Below, in pieces: positions 59,884-64,000 of a stretch of 64,000 bases of DNA (position 1 is its first letter; every line of letters starts with the position of its first letter). This DNA is from Desulfosudaceae bacterium (GTDB lineage Bacteria; Desulfobacterota; Desulfobacteria; Desulfobacterales; Desulfosudaceae), in NCBI GenBank assembly GCA_963674745.2, contig CAXXDV010000001.1, positions 1,152,001-1,216,000 on the forward strand, written 5' to 3'. The notes under the pieces are model-generated. The model was given only the letters and a program-made list of their open reading frames with translations. It did not search any database and was not told the origin of the DNA. The position numbers were made by a program, and so were the translations under genes.

Positions 59884-60621
59884 TTACATATAAATATCTC
59901 TATAGGCGTTAATAAATTCGTTTGTTAGTGCATAGATATCGTGACCTTTTCTCGGGTCCTCCTTCCCATCTTTAATATCAATCCTTCCCAATGAAATCCA
60001 AAACGGTTTGGAGTCATCGATTAAGAATAATTTGTTTTTCTTGGGTTTTATTTGGCTTTCGAACACATCTTTGAAATTTCCTGTCACTAACACATTATAA
60101 TCCACATATATTTTATTAAGAGATTCCAACCGTGAAACAGAATTGGCAACAATTCCGTAAATAAAATCCTTTGAAAATGTCAGTTTGTTTTTTTTAAATG
60201 TGGTTCTTTCAACCGTACTACCTCCAGTATGGATTGCGAACCCATAATCTAGTTTAGGGAAGGTCTTTTTTTGCTTTAAATATTTTTGTCTTAAATATTT
60301 ATTATGATTTGGTAATTTCTTATCCAAAAACTCTTTTATATAAAGAGTCATTTTTAAGGCTGTCAAGGCATGATTCTTATCCCAAAACAGACAGATATAT
60401 CCATCACCAGTATCATTCAGGGCAAATTTTGCAGGCTTACAGTTATCATAAAGCGTCTTGTAAACAAATTTGTTTAGATTCATCATAAAGTTAATATGCA
60501 CAATCAATCGTTTATCCCAACTTATCGTTCTTGTAATATTAGTTGAATTCCGTAAATCAAAAATAAACGCTGTTGATCCAGCATTATCCTGATTTCCGAT
60601 TGAATTTACAGTTACTTTCAT
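59884..60621 (-). CDS. Stand-alone class III nucleotidyl cyclase-like protein
   Basis: FIFDLRNST (first Asp), DTGDGYICLF (second Asp), GFAIHTG and YGIVANSVSRLE (N/R motif). Confidence 0.7.
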   Translation of the reverse strand: MKVTVNSIGNQDNAGSTAFIFDLRNSTNITRTISWDKRLIVHINFMMNLNKFVYKTLYDNCKPAKFALNDTGDGYICLFWDKNHALTALKMTLYIKEFLDKKLPNHNKYLRQKYLKQKKTFPKLDYGFAIHTGGSTVERTTFKKNKLTFSKDFIYGIVANSVSRLESLNKIYVDYNVLVTGNFKDVFESQIKPKKNKLFLIDDSKPFWISLGRIDIKDGKEDPRKGHDIYALTNEFINAYRDIYM

Positions 60622-60775
60622 AATGACATCCTTAATTATTATCGTTTAATTGCTTATATAACACGTTATCCATTATAATCAATCCCTTCTATATATATAA
60701 ATATATGAAAGGACGACCATTCTTCAACGCATTCCGCTAAAATGCCGCCAAAAATCAGCCAAAAAAGGGGGTAAA

Positions 60776-61126
60776 ATGTCAGAAAAATTCGTTCATGAGA
60801 CAGATTCAGCCAAGTTTATATTCGACAAATCCAGCATTCCAGATGATCAAACAGAATCAGTCTATGCTGTAATAACCGCTCTGGAATCAGTCGTCGGATC
60901 TGTCCTCTGCAAGGCGTGCAATCAGAAATACCCGGTTGCTCAACTAACAAAAGAATCCATCGGGCACGGCTCAAATCCGTTTAAAACCAATCTAACCCAA
61001 AAGAAAGGAGGTTTTCTCAAAAACCTATTCAGCCGAAGACAAAAGCTCCCCGGCATGTATGGCGGCGTATGTTACAGATGCCCTCACGGCCATGAGCTCA
61101 TCTCGGCCCGGACCTGGATGACCTAA
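60776..61126 (+). CDS. Hypothetical zinc-ribbon protein
   Basis: CKAC and CPHGH motifs; GGGGG RBS-like run. Confidence 0.55.
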   Translation: MSEKFVHETDSAKFIFDKSSIPDDQTESVYAVITALESVVGSVLCKACNQKYPVAQLTKESIGHGSNPFKTNLTQKKGGFLKNLFSRRQKLPGMYGGVCYRCPHGHELISARTWMT

Positions 61127-61260
61127 AACCTTAAAGCCCAGTTCGTTTCGTAATCCCCAATATCACAAATCCCGTAGTACCCATTTCGCTCAACTTCCCT
61201 ATTAATCCATCATACTACAGCTGCATTTTCATTAATTCTTATTCAAAAAGGAGATGACCT

Positions 61261-61614
61261 ATGCTTAATACCATCATTCTTGCCGGCAATCTCGGCGAAG
61301 ACCCTAACAGTTTTTTCACCCCCAATGAAGGGACACATATCGTGACGTTTAATATGGCCTTCAATAATTACAAAGACAAGGTCGGCTGGATTAAAATCAA
61401 GTGTTTCGGCAAATTGGCGGAAATAGCCGAGAAGCATCTGGCGAAAGGCTCACGTATCGCGGTCACGGGCCGGCTGGAGCAGAACTCCTGGGAGACAGAA
61501 TCCGGGGAGAGAAGAAGTGCCTTTAGCATTACCGCAAGTGAATTAGAGTTTATACGTACCCCGGCTAACCAGCAGGACACCGGAACCGACAGTGGGGCGG
61601 ATGTGCCATTCTAA
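61261..61614 (+). CDS. ssb: Single-stranded DNA-binding protein
   Basis: ILAGNLGEDP, KGSRIAVTGRL...WE and acidic DVPF tail. Confidence 0.92.
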   Translation: MLNTIILAGNLGEDPNSFFTPNEGTHIVTFNMAFNNYKDKVGWIKIKCFGKLAEIAEKHLAKGSRIAVTGRLEQNSWETESGERRSAFSITASELEFIRTPANQQDTGTDSGADVPF

Positions 61615-61721
61615 AAGAGATGAAGTTAGCAAAAACAATAAATCAGATCACCATAATCCTGGCAGACGTTGTTGGAGGAGTGATCACAGCATGTTTAAAC
61701 AACAAATAAACAGGAGGAAAA

Positions 61722-62663
61722 ATGGCAAATCAAGATGCAAAAAGAAACGAAAAAGCACAACGTTTAAAGGTTATTCAGGTAAATGCTGATACCTTCTTTG
61801 TCGAATCTTCAGGAGGGCAGATCGCTTACCGTATCCAGTGCCATACAGACAGCTGTACCTGTGCATGTGGAGATTATGCCCGCAATATTAAAACAGACCC
61901 GGACTTCAAGTGTAAACACATTATTGCCTTGATGGATTCCATCCCTGATGGAGAAATCGAACCTGTTCGTTATCTGAACAAACAGAAGCCCAGGCTGAAA
62001 GAAAGCGCTATCATTCAGATAGATGGCAAAAATTTTGTGAACTATTCTGGGCTATTAGACCTCGCCCACCAAATCGGCATTGATAGGATTGAGGTGGAGA
62101 CCCTGCAACTGCCGACCAAGGACAATGATAATTTTGCCATTTGCCGGGCAACGGTAGTTTCCAAGACAGGCGGAACCTTTATTGACGTGGGTGACGCTGG
62201 CCCTCACAACTGCAATTCCAAAGTGGCCAAGCACCTGCTGCGACTTGCCTCAACACGCAGTATCGCCAGGGCCCTCAGGGCCATGACCAATATCGGTATG
62301 ACTTGCTTAGAGGAGTTGGATGGGCTTGATGATGTCATAGGAAAAGAAAAACCCAAAGCAAAGTCAAAGACAGCTCTCAAAAAGGTCAGCCCGGCCAAAA
62401 AAGCCGAGAAAAAGACAGAAGAGCCAAAGCAGCAAGCACCCGCAGCCACTAATTCAGGTGAACAAAAACCAGAACCTGATGCTGAAAATTTGCCCGCCAT
62501 GAGTGAGGCCCAGCGAAGAGCCATAGCAAATCTTTCAAGGCGTCGGGGGATCTCTCTGGAGGATGTAGAAAACATGGCTGACAAGTTGTATGCCAAGAAG
62601 CTCGATGCGCTGACGATTCCCGAAGCAAGCGCATTTATCAGGGAGCTCCAAACGGCGGCATAA
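61722..62663 (+). CDS. SWIM zinc finger protein with possible Rad52/Sak-like annealing domain
   Basis: CTCACGDY...CKH (SWIM); CRATV...F.DVGDA...LASTRSIARALR; C-terminal SEAQRRAI...EASAFI. Confidence 0.7.
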   Translation: MANQDAKRNEKAQRLKVIQVNADTFFVESSGGQIAYRIQCHTDSCTCACGDYARNIKTDPDFKCKHIIALMDSIPDGEIEPVRYLNKQKPRLKESAIIQIDGKNFVNYSGLLDLAHQIGIDRIEVETLQLPTKDNDNFAICRATVVSKTGGTFIDVGDAGPHNCNSKVAKHLLRLASTRSIARALRAMTNIGMTCLEELDGLDDVIGKEKPKAKSKTALKKVSPAKKAEKKTEEPKQQAPAATNSGEQKPEPDAENLPAMSEAQRRAIANLSRRRGISLEDVENMADKLYAKKLDALTIPEASAFIRELQTAA

Positions 62664-62685
62664 CGGCAAACATCGTATTCATCAT

Positions 62686-62721
62686 AGGGGACAGGCCAGA
62701 ACAAATGGTCTGTCCCTTTTT
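62686..62721 (+). terminator. Hairpin with T-tract (terminator/attenuator)
   Basis: GGGACAGGCCA / TGGTCTGTCCC followed by TTTTT. Confidence 0.55.
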
Positions 62722-62738
62722 AATTTGAGAGGTGGCTT

Positions 62739-63554
62739 ATGGATTTATCAACTTTACGGCAAATTCCGCATTTGTCGGCCAGTTCAATCGGGGAATATGT
62801 TGCGTGCTCATTAGCGTATAAGTTCGGAAAAATCGATAAGATTCCTTTTGAAAAACGGCCCGACGCCCTGGAGTTTGGAACGGTTATTCATGCGGTTCTG
62901 GAAGCGTATTATCAGGAAAAGATGATCGGTGAGTTAATGCCATTAAAGGATATTCTGGCTAATTTCGAAGACTGCTGGCGGGAAACTGCCGAAGACAATG
63001 ACGATATCGAATACTCGGCCGGCAAGGATTTTAACACTTACTTGATGCTTGGCAAAGACATGCTGACCGTCTGGCACAACAAACTGCCGGAAGATGAATA
63101 TACTATTATCGGTATAGAGCAGCCGTTTTCATTTACCCTTCCGGAAGTTCCCCTACCAATAATCGGTGCGATTGATCTGATAGAAGAAGACAAAGACGGC
63201 ACCATTATCATTACCGATTTTAAAACGGCCGGCCGGGCTTACAGTGCTTCGGAAGTTAATCGCAACTTTCAGCTTACCATTTATGATCTTGCCATAAAAC
63301 ACACCGGCTTTAGGAACAGGGAAACAGTTCTCAAATTCGATACGCTCATTAAAACTCAGAAACCGAAATTTCAACAATATTTCTCATCCCGCACGGCGAC
63401 GGATCATCAACGGGCCATAAGAAAGATTCAAGCGGTCTGGGATGGAATCAGTAAAGGAGTGTTTATACCAAACAATGAGGATTGGCGTTGTCCCAATTGC
63501 CAATTCAAGCAAGCCTGCGATGAATGGTTTTTGAGTAAAAAGGAGGCTGCCTGA
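62739..63554 (+). CDS. PD-(D/E)XK RecB/Cas4-like nuclease
   Basis: HLSASSI, FGTVIH, GAIDLI...ITDFKT, QL.IY motifs; CPNCQFKQAC Fe-S staple. Confidence 0.88.
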   Translation: MDLSTLRQIPHLSASSIGEYVACSLAYKFGKIDKIPFEKRPDALEFGTVIHAVLEAYYQEKMIGELMPLKDILANFEDCWRETAEDNDDIEYSAGKDFNTYLMLGKDMLTVWHNKLPEDEYTIIGIEQPFSFTLPEVPLPIIGAIDLIEEDKDGTIIITDFKTAGRAYSASEVNRNFQLTIYDLAIKHTGFRNRETVLKFDTLIKTQKPKFQQYFSSRTATDHQRAIRKIQAVWDGISKGVFIPNNEDWRCPNCQFKQACDEWFLSKKEAA

Positions 63555-63595
63555 ACCGGCTTATGAACAATACAATTTTACAGAAAGGAAAAGGC

Positions 63596-64000
63596 ATGAA
63601 ATTAAACCCTGAACAGGAACGGGCCGCTACATTTACGGGAAAGAAGCTGTCTCTGATAGCCGTTCCCGGCTCGGGCAAGACCCTCACAATGATGGCTCGT
63701 ATCGCAAATTTAATTAACAACCATGATGTTGCCCCCGAAACCATTTTGGGCATGACATTTACCAGAAACGCGGCAGAAGAAATGAGGAACCGTCTGTTCT
63801 CCTTGATCGGCGACAAGGCCTCCCGGGTATATCTTTCTACCATCCATGCTTTCTGTCACAGGCTGTTAAGATCGGAAGGCCGTGTGTTCAACATGATATC
63901 AGGCAAGGAGCAAATCATTTATCTAAAAAATATCATAAGGCGTTTAAGTATAAATGACATATCCGTTGGCACGGCTATTCGGGAGATCAGCTTGGCTAAA
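63596..64000 (+). CDS. UvrD/Rep ATP-dependent helicase, 3'-truncated by the window end (absent from the ORF track)
   Basis: Manual translation: MKLNPEQERA...AVPGSGKT...MTFTRNAAEEM...STIHAFC. Confidence 0.9.
   Translation, partial: MKLNPEQERAATFTGKKLSLIAVPGSGKTLTMMARIANLINNHDVAPETILGMTFTRNAAEEMRNRLFSLIGDKASRVYLSTIHAFCHRLLRSEGRVFNMISGKEQIIYLKNIIRRLSINDISVGTAIREISLAK

Larger units (their letters stand above)
36418..64000. mobile_element. tRNA-Ala-integrated genomic island / integrative element; right end beyond the window
   Basis: Integrase abutting the tRNA 3' end, xis-like HTH, primase, defence cargo, SSB/recombination genes and a visible shift to AT-rich sequence; second att copy not seen. 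Confidence 0.85.

Noticed and set aside
62739..63554. cas4 of a CRISPR locus
   Set aside because: No cas1/cas2 or array; the context is SSB and UvrD, so a mobile-element nuclease.
36418..64000. Intact prophage
   Set aside because: No structural, packaging or lysis genes in the visible part; they could lie beyond the window.

Overview
The window has two parts. Positions 1-36417 are core chromosome of what appears to be an anaerobic, selenium-using deltaproteobacterium (Desulfobacterales-like; inferred from gene content). They carry a PEP-utilising enzyme fragment, GAPDH, selB, an HdrD/GlpC-type Fe-S protein interrupted by an in-frame UGA with a SECIS-like hairpin (a selenoprotein the ORF track splits in two), an MCP, ubiB plus phasin, a kinase-ATPase-GAF-GGDEF protein, two acyl-CoA ligases, parAB, a SidJ-related pseudokinase and a DisA_N (DAC) gene flanked by inverted 8-bp-periodic repeat arrays. 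From tRNA-Ala(GGC) (36342-36417) to beyond 64000 lies an AT-richer integrative element. It holds a tyrosine integrase and excisionase-like HTH, a split primase with an iteron-like GGTATTAAG array, and a dense defence cargo. The cargo comprises a type I R-M system, a kinase/STAS-wHTH (CapK/CapS-like) pair with two copies of a 30-bp palindromic operator, a ubiquitin-like conjugation operon (Ubl, Cys-free E2, JAB-E1, DUF6527; Bub-like), a coupled nuclease/Ser-Thr kinase/unknown-protein operon I cannot assign to a named system, an intact ISL3 and an orphan class III cyclase. An SSB/SWIM/PD-(D/E)XK/UvrD module runs off the right end. All calls are by eye from motifs; no database searches were run.
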